Positions 13,301 to 25,300 of a stretch of 64,000 nt of DNA are shown piece by piece; within the stretch, counting starts at the first letter, position 1; the number at the start of each line of letters is the position of its first letter. The translations under genes and the position numbers were made by a program. The stretch is taken from assembly GCA_002633005.1 (NCBI GenBank), contig NMRA01000002.1:2862687-2926686 (forward strand). The letters are read 5' to 3'. The DNA comes from Phoronis australis (lineage: Eukaryota; Animalia; Phoronida). Below the pieces are notes generated by a model. It was not told where the DNA came from. It saw nothing but the letters and a program-made list of their open reading frames with translations, and did no database searches.

Positions 13301-16300
13301 GAGAGATACCAGAATATTAAATTTGAAGCTGTCCATACCTGTCACACGACCCCTCCCCTCGACTGGAAATTTTGTTCCTCAGTTGTTGCATCTCTGTAAT
13401 GCTTTTTTCATTCATGTCTTCGTTTTAGACACGGAAACTGAAGGAACTGCGGCTGATGCTTGAGGAGAAAGACCCAATCATTTTTCTCACTGTCCGTAAA
13501 CTGGTCATGATATCGCTTATGGAGGTGTTTAAAGATATCCTCCCTGGCTACAGGATCCGATTGGCTACTGACAAGGAAATGGAGCAGCAGGTGAGAATGT
13601 TGCATTGTGGGTAAAGATGTGTTTGGACCCTGCTGTTGGGTATCAGAAACAAGAAAAATTCGATTTAGCAAACATGTCATTTAACTTGTAAATTAGCCAT
13701 TCGATTTTACCATTTCAAAGTTGTAAATAACAAAAAAAACCTGGGAATTGTATTTATTGTTTTAGGTGAAAAAAGAGACAAAGAAACTGCGTGAGTTCGA
13801 ACAAAGCTTGCTGACCAATTACAAGCACTACTTGGAGTTCTTAGAGTTAATGGTGAAAGGTGAGTTATTGCCTGATAAATTAGCGATTGCATACACTACA
13901 TGCCAAAAGTATTTAGACATAATGACCTGGACAGAAGCCTAATTTGTCGTTGGAGTGGTTTTCCTCTTGAGCCAGAAAGAACAGAAATTAACAGGAAACT
14001 TAGTATGGTGGCTAAGTCCTTGAATCTGTAAGGGCTGTTCCAGTAAAATCCGTGTGGGAGGGGGGGGGACGGCAGTAAAAATAAAAATTCATGGGTGGTG
14101 GTCTTCAGAAAAAAACTCAAATTATGGGTGGTCGTTCCTGCAAGAAGTGATGCATTAAAAATGGGTGGTATTTTTTGATCTGTTAACGTTGACAGGTTGG
14201 TTAATTCAGCCAACACATCTCCAAAGAAATCAAAACTCAAAAAATACGATTGGCATATATCCCAACTTATCCCAATACAAAAAAGCCCATATTGCCAGTG
14301 AACAGAGTGCAATATGTTCACTAAGCCATTAATCAAGTCATGGGCAACTTGATTTGAGCCAAGGGCTTGTCTGCAGTCCTATTGAATTGAAAAGTTATGC
14401 AACACTAAACTGGTGTTAACACATATAAGAAAATTGATGATTTTTAAATAAAAAGTATGAGGAGTAAGATAAACAAGTTCCAATATTCACTTGACATAGA
14501 AGTATAAAAGAGTTTGTGGAGACAGTTTGAGATTCATAGATCCTTATAATTGAAAAAATGTTCATTGAAATTATAGACACATGGTGAACAGAGACACCTG
14601 GTGGCTGCCAAAAGTATTGTTCACAGGCTACTTTAATTTTTGACAATATTGGACAAGACAACTAGTTCTTGTCTGTCAATCATCTAAGTTCTTAACAGGT
14701 CCTCCTGGAGGCAATTTNAGGCTTTAATGAAGTCTCGCATTATGCTCCATGAGTCCAGCTGACGCTATTCCCTTACTTGTTCATTACGTCAGATGTTTCT
14801 AAGTTGCGTTGCTAAACAAAATGCTGTCTTCCATCTTTATTTTCATTCTGTTCCCTCGCACTCGCATCCAGATTATTGATATTACAGCCATGCGATCTTA
14901 GTTTATCAACGCTATACACAAACGACAATTGCGAAAGGCGTAAATGCTAGACGTGCTAGTGAACTTTAATTTTAGTGACAATTCCAGACATTCCTAAAGA
15001 TGACATCATAGAGCAAGAGAAACTCGTTAATGTGCATCAAGAAGAAGATGGTGAACTAGGTGACCAAGAGGTGGAGCCACTTCCTGAGCTCACCACAGCT
15101 GAATTGTTCGCACAAAGGCAAGAAAAGCTAGTGTCAGCGAAGGAACAGATTGCTGCCTTATCCAGTGCTATTATTGAGAATCCCGAGGAAAGTGTAGGTA
15201 TTACCTGAATGAAACAAATGTGGAAAATTGATACATCTTTGGTGTATGAAGTTCAAATAGTTAAATACTAAAATCAAAATCCAGTTTTGACTGAATTTGA
15301 CCATGAAAGACAGATACCAGAATATTAAATTTGAAGCTGTCCATACCTGTCACACGACCCTTCCCCTCGACTGGAAATTTTGTTCCTCGGTTGTTGCGTC
15401 TCTGTAATGCTTTTTTTCATTCATGTCTTCGTTTTAGACACGGAAACTGAAGGAACTGCGGCTGATGCTTGAGGAGAAAGACCCAATCATTTTTCTCACT
15501 GTCCGTAAACTGGTCATGATATCGCTTATGGAGGTGTTTAAAGATATCATCCCTGGCTACAGGATTCGATTGGCTACTGACAAGGAAATGGAGCAGCAGG
15601 TGAGAATGTTGCGTTGTGGGTAAAGATGTGTTTGGACGCTGCTTTTGGGTATCAAAAACAAGAAAAATTTGATTTAGCAAACATGTCATTTAATTTGTAA
15701 ATTAGCAATTCGATTTTACCATTTCATGTGGTCGTAAATACCAAAAAAAACCTGGGAATTGTATTTATTGTTTTAGGTGAAAAAAGAGACAAAGAAACTG
15801 CGTGAGTTCGAACAAAGCTTGCTGACCAATTACAAGCACTACTTGGAGTTCTTGGAGTTAATGGTGAAAGGTGAGTTATTGCCTGATAAATCAGCGATTG
15901 CATACAGTACATGCCAAAAGTATTTAGACATAATGACCTGGACAGAAGACTAATTTGTCGTTGGAGTGGTTTTCCTCTTGAGCCAGAAAGAACAGAAATT
16001 AACAGGAAACTTAGTATGGTGGCTAAGTCCTTTAATCTCTAATTAGAATTTTGCCCCATAATTGTTATCATCAGACAAGTCATTTTTGCGGTTAACTGAA
16101 TTAATCGTCATGAGGGGAAACAGTATTTTGTCTGACTACTTTTGTCTTGCACTGTATTGACAAGTTACTGTCAGCTTTATGGAATGCATATTTGTCTTTC
16201 ATTGAGCCGTGAATTGCAGAGAAGTAAATCAGTGTTTTACTTTGTATGGATTTGTTTAAAGTTAGTGTTTTAGTAATTTTACATGATACTAATTTGTTAG

Positions 16301-19300
16301 GTTCCATGAAAAGTAACGACACTTGTACATGGTATTGGAGAACACCAATCAGTCTGAAGCTTCAGCTCTTCTTCCATTCCAATTCAGCTTTAAACTAATG
16401 CACTCTCTTTCATGTTGAAATTGTTTGCACACTCAAGGCTCTTGCTCACGTGACGGGAACAGTGCCTGTGCCTTCTGAAAGGGGAAGTTTTGGTTGAGGA
16501 GGACTCCCCCTTGAGTGAAATTTTTAATCATCAAAGAGAAATACTTGAGCCTGATGGAATTTCGTTTGGTTTTTGAACATCTTTCAGAGGGTAACGAAAC
16601 TGAAATTTGGCCCCAAAATCGAGGCAGTGAAGACCCTGCCACTTAGTCACTTGTTCCTGTAGTATAATGTTTTTTTGTGCACTCACAAAACATGGCTTAT
16701 CAACCCAAAAAGGCACCAGGCCTTGGACTGAGAATCAGGTGCATGATTCAATAAAGAGTCTGTGAGTCGTGTTTAAAGGTGCCAGAGCTGAGTCCATGAG
16801 CTGTGCTTTTTAGGTGCATCATCCCTTGTTTTGTGATTTCGGAGCTGTGTTTGTGAGTTATTTGGTCCAGCACTCATGTTTATGACTGTGTGAGCTGTGC
16901 TGTCTGGTTAGCCTGACGCTACAGAACTCGTGGTACTCCTTTAAAATTTTGTGACACGAATGTTAACATCAAGCTCGTGTGACGTTACATTTGAAGATGT
17001 TTTGGTAGGCACTGCGAAGAAATCGGGTCAAAAGAACAGCAAGAAACGAGGGAAATTTCATAACTTACCACCAACTCCACCTCGGGCACAACCGGTGAGT
17101 TATGGATGTTTTGGAAGCTACACGAGTTCCATGAAAGTGTCAAGACATTTTTGTGTTAAAGTCCTTATCTCAAAGGACATTCTAGTTCAGAAACTTTAAA
17201 ATATATACCAAATTAAGTAATATGTAACATGGCATAATGTTCACATCCTTTCTCTTATCAAACTAAAATCCTTTTTAAGCACAATTTTGTATATCGGTGT
17301 GATCGGAAAATCATCGACTATTCCCATCTATTTCCGTGACCTGAGTTCCTGTGTGTCAGTTCAGGAACGATTCCTGAATGACGGTCATGTTGTCATTGAA
17401 AACGTTTTGACATCACCGTGAGTGCAAATGCGTTTTTACTTTGTTTGTATGTTTTTGATTCCCATTTTGGTTCTTTTTACACAAAATTGATTATTTATTG
17501 TCCAAATTTTACCTGTTCTTTGCATATGATGAATGGTATTTAATGCATAATCATAAGTTTGTGAAGTACCGTCGCAAAGTCTCGTAGCCAACGCTCGGCT
17601 GCTGAGGTCAGCCCTGACTCAACGCAAGGTTACGTCAAATTTCAGCAACAGTACCCGTTTAGGTAATAAATTAAAGGAAAAAGGTTTCTTGATAAACAAA
17701 TGTGTAAAGCCTGAAGTTAGCAATTGCCGTGTCACGGTGACTACCCGGATGTGAGCGCATTGCGTAATTGGCAGCAAATCGGTACCGGCATTACTGGCCG
17801 TTAAAAATGTAAAATAGAAAAAAAAAAAAACATCCACATACGGCGATGTTTCAACAAGCAAAAACGAGTTTCATCCCAAAACTGACAGTGAGCTCCACAC
17901 CTGTGGTTGATTTTGCTACCAGGACACAGAAATCGGCGAAGTAATTCCTCGGCCTGCAGTCGCCGTGACTCTTCGCCGGGAAAATAACCACTTGCATAAT
18001 TCGCTTTCAAATTGATTTTCAATTATCAGGGACAATATATTTTCAAATCTCACAAAAGCAAACTTACAATATATGCCTCTGTTCTCTAAAAATATAAAAA
18101 TTCCGCATCACAAACCGGGGCGGGGGGGAGTGTAGTGGATTTTCGTCAATGAGCTGAATGTCGGTGATGGGAAAATATTGGAGTGTTAGGAGCATGACGC
18201 AGTATTTTTTAATCTCTTTGTCACAGGAATTTCACTGATTCAGGGCCGGGTAGCTAATTAATTTTTTCATCTTGTCCCGTGGGGCACAGATGTCTAACCT
18301 CGCACGGCAGGCCAGGCGGTCCGGCTGTGCCGGCCGTGCTGGCTAGCAGTGTATACGAATGTTTCTGGCTAAGTGGGAATTATTCCTTTTACTTTAAACT
18401 CATTAATACTTATATTATACCATTTGGCACCAGGTTTTCTACCTGAAGTTATTTCGCTACCAAATGGTATTCTCTTGGCAGTCAGCCACCCGCCCGTAGC
18501 GAAGTCGCGTCTAAATTTATTTTCCATATTTACACAAGTTTAACTGTCAGGATATTCTAACTGCATAGCAGTTTTATTCAGTTGTTTTTGATGTTGCATA
18601 TTCGTTTTTCTGTTTATACTGTTTGTTTACCAGAGTTAGTTAAACCAAGAAAAACATGCTTAGCCTAGCCCGCCACAGTCGGCCTGGCAATCATTGCCGC
18701 AACGGGGAATGTTACTAGTCGGTAAACTATCTTTGTATGTATATGGCATTCATGATTTGAGCAATTTATTCCTATAAAACAGCGGGGGACAGCATGCCCT
18801 CGTCTTTTGTCAGTGTGAGTGATCTCGATCGGTCTGCACCAGGTCATCGGCTTTAGGTCTGAGCCTAGTAAAATAATGTCTGTCAAAATTTATTTTTTCA
18901 CATTTTGTTAACATTTTCATTAAAAATTGTCCCTATTTTGGTTTTAGAAAAGTTGAGGTCCGCTGTCGATTATTTTATCCCCATTTGCAGGCTGGTAACG
19001 AACTCTGCTCCAATCACACAACTGGGGTATACGTAGCCTAGGTTCCTGAGTGAATTGTTCTTCCGGTTTCGCGGGTCGGAATCGTGAGGCATTTGTTTAA
19101 ACTTTCTTCGACTATGGATAATGTATTGGTTATGGGATAAGTACTGCATGGTTCCTTAGAATGTCTTCTAACTATTTAATGATGGTTAAAAAAAGTGTGC
19201 ATCTAAGACTTCAACTTTAGGGGCAGCTAATATTTCAACAGTAATAGATAAGAATTATTTCGATAGTGAACAGATGGGATACGTCCAGTTCGAATTATGG

Positions 19301-22300
19301 CTGGTTTAGTTGAGATCATTCCGGAACAATGAAGGTTTTTTAAGTTCTACACACCGCTAATTAGGTCAAGCCAAAATTCTATCAACGAAGTCGGTTTAAA
19401 TCAAAATAGTAATCGGTCCGTAGTTTTATTGTGTGTAATAAAAAATGCTAACACTATAACGAAAGGTTCCACTCCAAAATACGAATCAAACTCATTGTTT
19501 TCAAAGATGACGTTGTTTGGGACTTTGATTTCAAAAGCTTGGTGCTTTTGTTGAAGAACAACTCTGTGACTGCAACAAACTGCAACTGATCTCTCAGATT
19601 CTTTATATTGAGTCAAACTCACTCACATTTGAGTAGCTGTTCATCTTGCAGATGTTCCTTAAATAAAAATTAACAACTTTTCTAAATACTGAGCAGTTCA
19701 GCCTCAATCTTTAATTCCTTTGGGGATGAGCATGGTTTGCCTGACGATTTCTCTTGTATGATATACTACATTGAATTACCAGTTTTGACATGATGACTTT
19801 GGCCTTATTCCTCTGTTTGAAGCTATCCTTGAGTGAAAAAATAAGGAATAAAACGTTCATTTCGAGTGCTTTGTATATAGTGAGTACATCTTGATGTGGG
19901 ATCTAGGTGATTCAGTGAGAGGGATTGAATCAAATTGACCTGTTGTACTTAAAGTAGTAATTAATCCACTTTTCCTGGTAGAAACTAACTTTTGATGGGG
20001 ACCTCTCATCTCTGCAAAATTTGTTCCCGTGTGCCTTACTCATTCATACGAGAATGAATTGATTTTTGGTCTTGCAAAAAAATGACAATTTGTTACTGCG
20101 AGTGCTCTGCGGACAAAGTGACACGCCGTGACAAGTCAACTTGTAGAGCCTGGATTCAAGTTATTGTAATAACTACCACTTCTTTCCAAGCCTATAAACC
20201 ATTTTTGTCCGTTATGACTAAAGAACAAATTGAGATCAATTTCATAAGGTACGCGGCCTAAATCAAAATTTTTCATCACGGAAAGAGGGTTTAAGGCTGA
20301 ATTAAGGACACTTTAATGGAACCTTTAACATTGTGATACATCTTCTAAAAAACATAATTATGTGTCATTTGGCTACCAATATTTAATATGAGCTGTCTTT
20401 CTTTTAGGCATTGTTCTTGCTAGCCATCAGGTGTCTCTGCACTATGCTGACGGAACATCCACACTTCAACTACGCCACAAACATTGTGTCGCTTATCGTC
20501 CCTTATATGCAGCATAAAGACAGCAATGTAAGTTCACCTGTCGTTTGTATTCAGCCACAAAGAGTTTGTTCTTCCGAGTATTTAGAAAATGGCGTGGTGC
20601 TGAGGATTTAACTCTTGATAACTATTTCTCATAAATTCTAACCCATTTAGAACACAATATGGCAGAAAAGGAATATGTTTTCCAAAAGATTTATAGCAGC
20701 AAATAAATGCTTGATGACTTGAAAGTTCTGTGCATTAGTTACCATCAGACTATGTTTTTAGAAACTGTGGCTGTTCAAAAAAATTACAAGCCTTTCAGAA
20801 AGTCAATTTTGGCAATTCCAGGGCTGTCAACCGTTACATAATCTATGTACTTTAGAGCCTAAATATAGTGAGGCTGTTATTTTCCATATCTAGACCTCTG
20901 GTGGGATGTGGAGGAGTTAAGTCAGCATGTCAAAAATGGCTAAAATAAGATAAAATCAGAACGGAAGATTATATTAACCGAAAATAACACTAGAAAGCTC
21001 AATTCTGACCATAGTATTTTTCCACAAATTGAGAGGTGCTAAATGAATGTGTCTTTTGAAAAATTATGAAAAATTTGACAGTCGTCATGTGAAATGAATA
21101 TGTCTCTCGGTAGTAGACATGTTATCTAAAAGATTCTCAATTACCGTTAAACATTTTCAATCCAAAATCTTTGTCAAATAGAATGTTTTCCACAGATCAA
21201 CAAGATTAATAGAAAATTTCACTTCGTGATTAATTGGAATGGTGTTTTTTGTTTGACGTAAATTATGAGAGAATGGGTAAATGAAAATATTGTATTTTGC
21301 AGGCCTTAAAATAACGCTGTTTTTACGTCTCCACGTGTTTGGCTTATGTTTGTGTTTATGGAACTTATAGCTTCACCTTGAAATTCATGAAATTCCCATT
21401 TCTTGATAGCCCCTCCTGCAAAAGTTTAACTTTATCAAAATAATTCTAAACAGGATTTCCAAGAACAGTGTTCTATATTAAAGTTTCGTTTGAATCCGAT
21501 CAGCCATTTGTGAGATTTGGTGTTCAGACGTTAGGATCTTAGGTGATCTTAAATTTTGTAAGGAGCATAAGCGTTGTGTCATTCCTCCAGGTATCGGACA
21601 CTGTGTGTCATTCAGCCAAGAAGGTATTCAAAGAAGATAAAACAGGGGAGATCACTCTGGATATTGTGAAGGCAACTGGGAAATTTATCAAGTCTAGAAA
21701 TTTTAACATCAAGCCAAAGGTATGCAAGACGCTTTAAGGCTTCTGGGTGGCCCACTACTCTCCTTTGTGGACCTGCCACTCATAATTGACCGTTATACAC
21801 CTATACCTGACGGGAAAACTTCACCGCTACGCAAAAATTGCAAGGAAAAATGAATACGCAATAAACAAGTTACATGGCTACTGTCGATGTTTGTTAGTTG
21901 AAGGGGAAAAACAAGAATTTAAAATCAGATTTTGAACTTTACCACTGGTTAAACGTAACCATTTTACTCCTGTCTTCTTCGTGTTCACTTAGTGACATGA
22001 CCGACATTTGGTACTGCCTGGTTATCTGACAATGCGCAGCAATTGAGTACAGTCGGGGACCAGGCGTGTACCTTAGTTGACATTAGTTTTCTGAAATAGC
22101 GAAGTGCCGCAGGACACTGATGAAGTTGGTGGAGAAACGGTAACTTATTTGTCTTATCGTGGTCTTTGTTTACATAAGAGGTCGTACAACAATGTGAATT
22201 ATACTGTACAAAATAGTCAGTAGTTTAATAAACCACAGACCAGTCTAGTTATCTCGTAAGTCATCTGCATGGAATGGATGACTAAATCGTCTGCTATGCC

Positions 22301-25300
22301 AATCCAACTGATTTACGTTGAGCAGGCACATACTAAATGATATTAACGGAAATTTCTTAATACAAGACAGCTCGTAATCAGGTCTGTATTTTTTATTCTA
22401 TGTATGAGCCTAGAGCCAGAGAATTCATTTTAGTGAGTAGTCTGAAGCCCTGTCGTGTGTCCGCTTACTAAAACAACTTTATTGATGATTGAATTATGTT
22501 AGAATGATACAAAACGCTTCAAAAACTGAGATCACACAATGACACTTCATTGCAGCGTTGGGCTTCGCGTCCGTTGCAACCATACACCATCATTCTCTTG
22601 TCAAAACCCAGGCAGTGGGGAATCCCACTTCCTATGCTCGCGTGCGGCAACAGGCTTTGCATCCCACTAGGACCATTCACAACTATGCTTCTTTAAAAAC
22701 CCTGGGGAAACTGTGAGATGTATATGCCTTAGAAATGTTCAATGTCAAGAAATCACCACAGTCAAGTGTATGCAATATTATGATTTCTGGTGAATTCGGT
22801 TTCTGAACATTTATGTTTCATGTATTTGTGTTGAAGGTCTTGGACATATTTTTGTCTTTGAAAATCAAAGAAGTTGATACTGGTGAAGATAAAACTGGTG
22901 ACAGTGAAAAGAAAAAACCGATGATGCGTAAGGAAAGGATGAAGATATTCTCCCGTCGTGAACGAAAGGTATGAGAGTTTATTTGATAAAAATGATGTTA
23001 ATCCTAGTGTTTATGTGTCACTTATGAGATTTAACACTTTACAGTGTGTATTTTAAGCCATTATAAACCTGACTTCCACCAAGAAAATAAGTTATCATTT
23101 GACCACTTGCCATAACGACATTGGGCTCATCTTGTGATTTCTGCTGTTTTTTGTCAAAAGGCATGGCTTGATGACTTGTCACAGCAATTATTCCTTTTTA
23201 TGCGTGGCCTCAGGTAACAACAAAACTATCAGTTCTTTCTAAACCCAGAAACCACTTCTCATGATCAATTGACTTTTATCCATTCATACTTGTGTTCAGC
23301 GTATTCTTAGTTGACTTTCAGATGAGTTATGACGTCTGCAATATTTATAGGTTATTACATGGCGAAGTCGTTATCCCCCATATTCTAGAGCCCGACTGGA
23401 TTTTGGAGAATTATCCACGAGGGCTCTAGATAAGGGGGATAACGACTGAGAACATTTAATAATCTATACCACATGCTGAACGAGAAACATTGTAATGAAT
23501 CGATCTACATTTCTCGACTCGCCTTGGCTTTGTAACTACTTTCTATGTCAGAGACCCCGGGGTCGGAAGCCGTGAACTTTTCAGAAAAGCCAAGCTATTT
23601 TGTCAAGTAATGCGTTTTTACTCAAAACCAATTGAAAACTTAAACAAAATAGAAGTAAAGTGAATCTATAAATTAAGATTTAACGACTATTATAGCTTAC
23701 TACAAATTTTATCACGCTAAGTTACGACCGGGAAAATATCGTCTGCTAAAGTAAGTCACCACTGGTAACTGCGTATAATGCTCAAGTCAAAGGATCCCGA
23801 CGACACGATATCCGCATTCAAATTGGAGATCGGTGATTTATAAGTGAGAGAACATGAGAGAAAAAATATCATGTTTGTGGAAATTAAATGTCGCTACAAT
23901 GCCCTTTGTTGAACATAAGATTGTTGTGCGTGCTCATTTAAGTATTCTATTTTCACGTTCGATGACATCAGCTGCTGAGTGGTCTAGTGGTAAAGTCGAC
24001 AACTCGAAACTCTTGCGGACCAGCTTCGAAACTGGCCCCGTTCCCGCCAAAATGTTATCTCACTAGTGAGATAACTAAAGGGGTTATTACACGGTTATAT
24101 TGACCATTCGAGGCTAATATTGTGGTATAATCATGGTCATTTGATTCTTGAAACTCTTGGACAATTATTGACGATATGCGTTAGATTTGAGCCAAGTCCA
24201 TGAATATCCACAAGAATGTCACTCCTGTTTTATAAGTACTTTATTAGCGCCGTACATTGGTCCATGAAATTTGTGAAAACTTCCAAGAAAAACATGAAAA
24301 TTGAGAAGTGGTTTGTGGTCGTAGTGGAGATGTGGCAAAGATAGGCTTTTTAGTTTTAGTGGATTTTTGTGTTCGACCGGTTGTTCTGGACAGTGGACTT
24401 TAATATTTGCGCAGATTCTTGAGAACTATGCGACCGGTTCAAGGTGGCATGCACTGATAAAGATGTATTAACTAATGATAATGTATAGCAAGAACTAAAC
24501 GGCAATGCTGTTTTAGCATATACGATAAAGTAAGTTTGGTGTTGTATTCATTGACAACTTGTAAATGTGAAAACAAAATATTCTGCAATAAGGTGACCTT
24601 TGCGGTATTGACGTACCTCGTGGGCTCACATGGCCCGCATCATGAAGTATTATTCCCCAGCACCACGTCACGATGCTGGACAGGGTTGAGGGATTTGCGG
24701 CAGATCATTTTTGCCACAAAACTCGTTCTTAAAAAGATCTGGCAATCTTCAACCTACTTCATATTCAAATATTCACTGTATGTTGTGTTTCTTACTAATT
24801 TGGCCAAACAATCACAAAGATGAAGATTCAGCCTGCGAGTTCCCCTTTAAGGGTATGTAGGACTTTATTGACAAGTCTGTGTTTTAGTCCAATATTTACA
24901 ATCTATAGATTTTACTTCCAGTAAAAGTATATATTTTCTGAAAGCAGAAAGCCTGCATAATTTGATTGTAACTTTTACTACTCTGGTTAGTAATTTGGCT
25001 GCATGACCTTGTCTTTGTAATAAAACTTAGCCAAAATGAAAGGTGCACTGATATCAAAACGATGGTGTCATTGACATGACCACATTTCGTTTAATATAAA
25101 TGAAATCTCAAAAATACTGTAACAGTTATAGTTTTCTAAATTATCATTTCATTGTGTGCAACTTCTGAATTTTCTCACACAGACAGTAAAAGTCCTATTT
25201 TTGATAGCACTCATGCAAACGTGGAACATTTTAGTAACAATTCCTTGCAGAATTTGTGAGAAGAGTGTAAAAGGGACCAAAAGCTCCATATGAATCCATA

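Larger units (their letters stand above)
12704..16042 (+). repeat. ~1.32-kb direct duplication (12704-14031 vs 14719-16042) covering three NOC3L exons
   Basis: Near-identical copies; the second starts immediately after the single N at 14718. Confidence 0.95.

Noticed and set aside
17525-17606. Possible intronic C/D snoRNA (ATGATGA...CTGA, ~80 nt)
   Set aside because: No terminal stem, no clear C'/D' boxes and only a short imperfect rRNA-like match; such boxes arise by chance. A snoscan/Rfam search would settle it.
22117-22146. CTGATGA...GAAA hammerhead-like core
   Set aside because: The intervening sequence cannot form stem II, and stems I and III are not evident.
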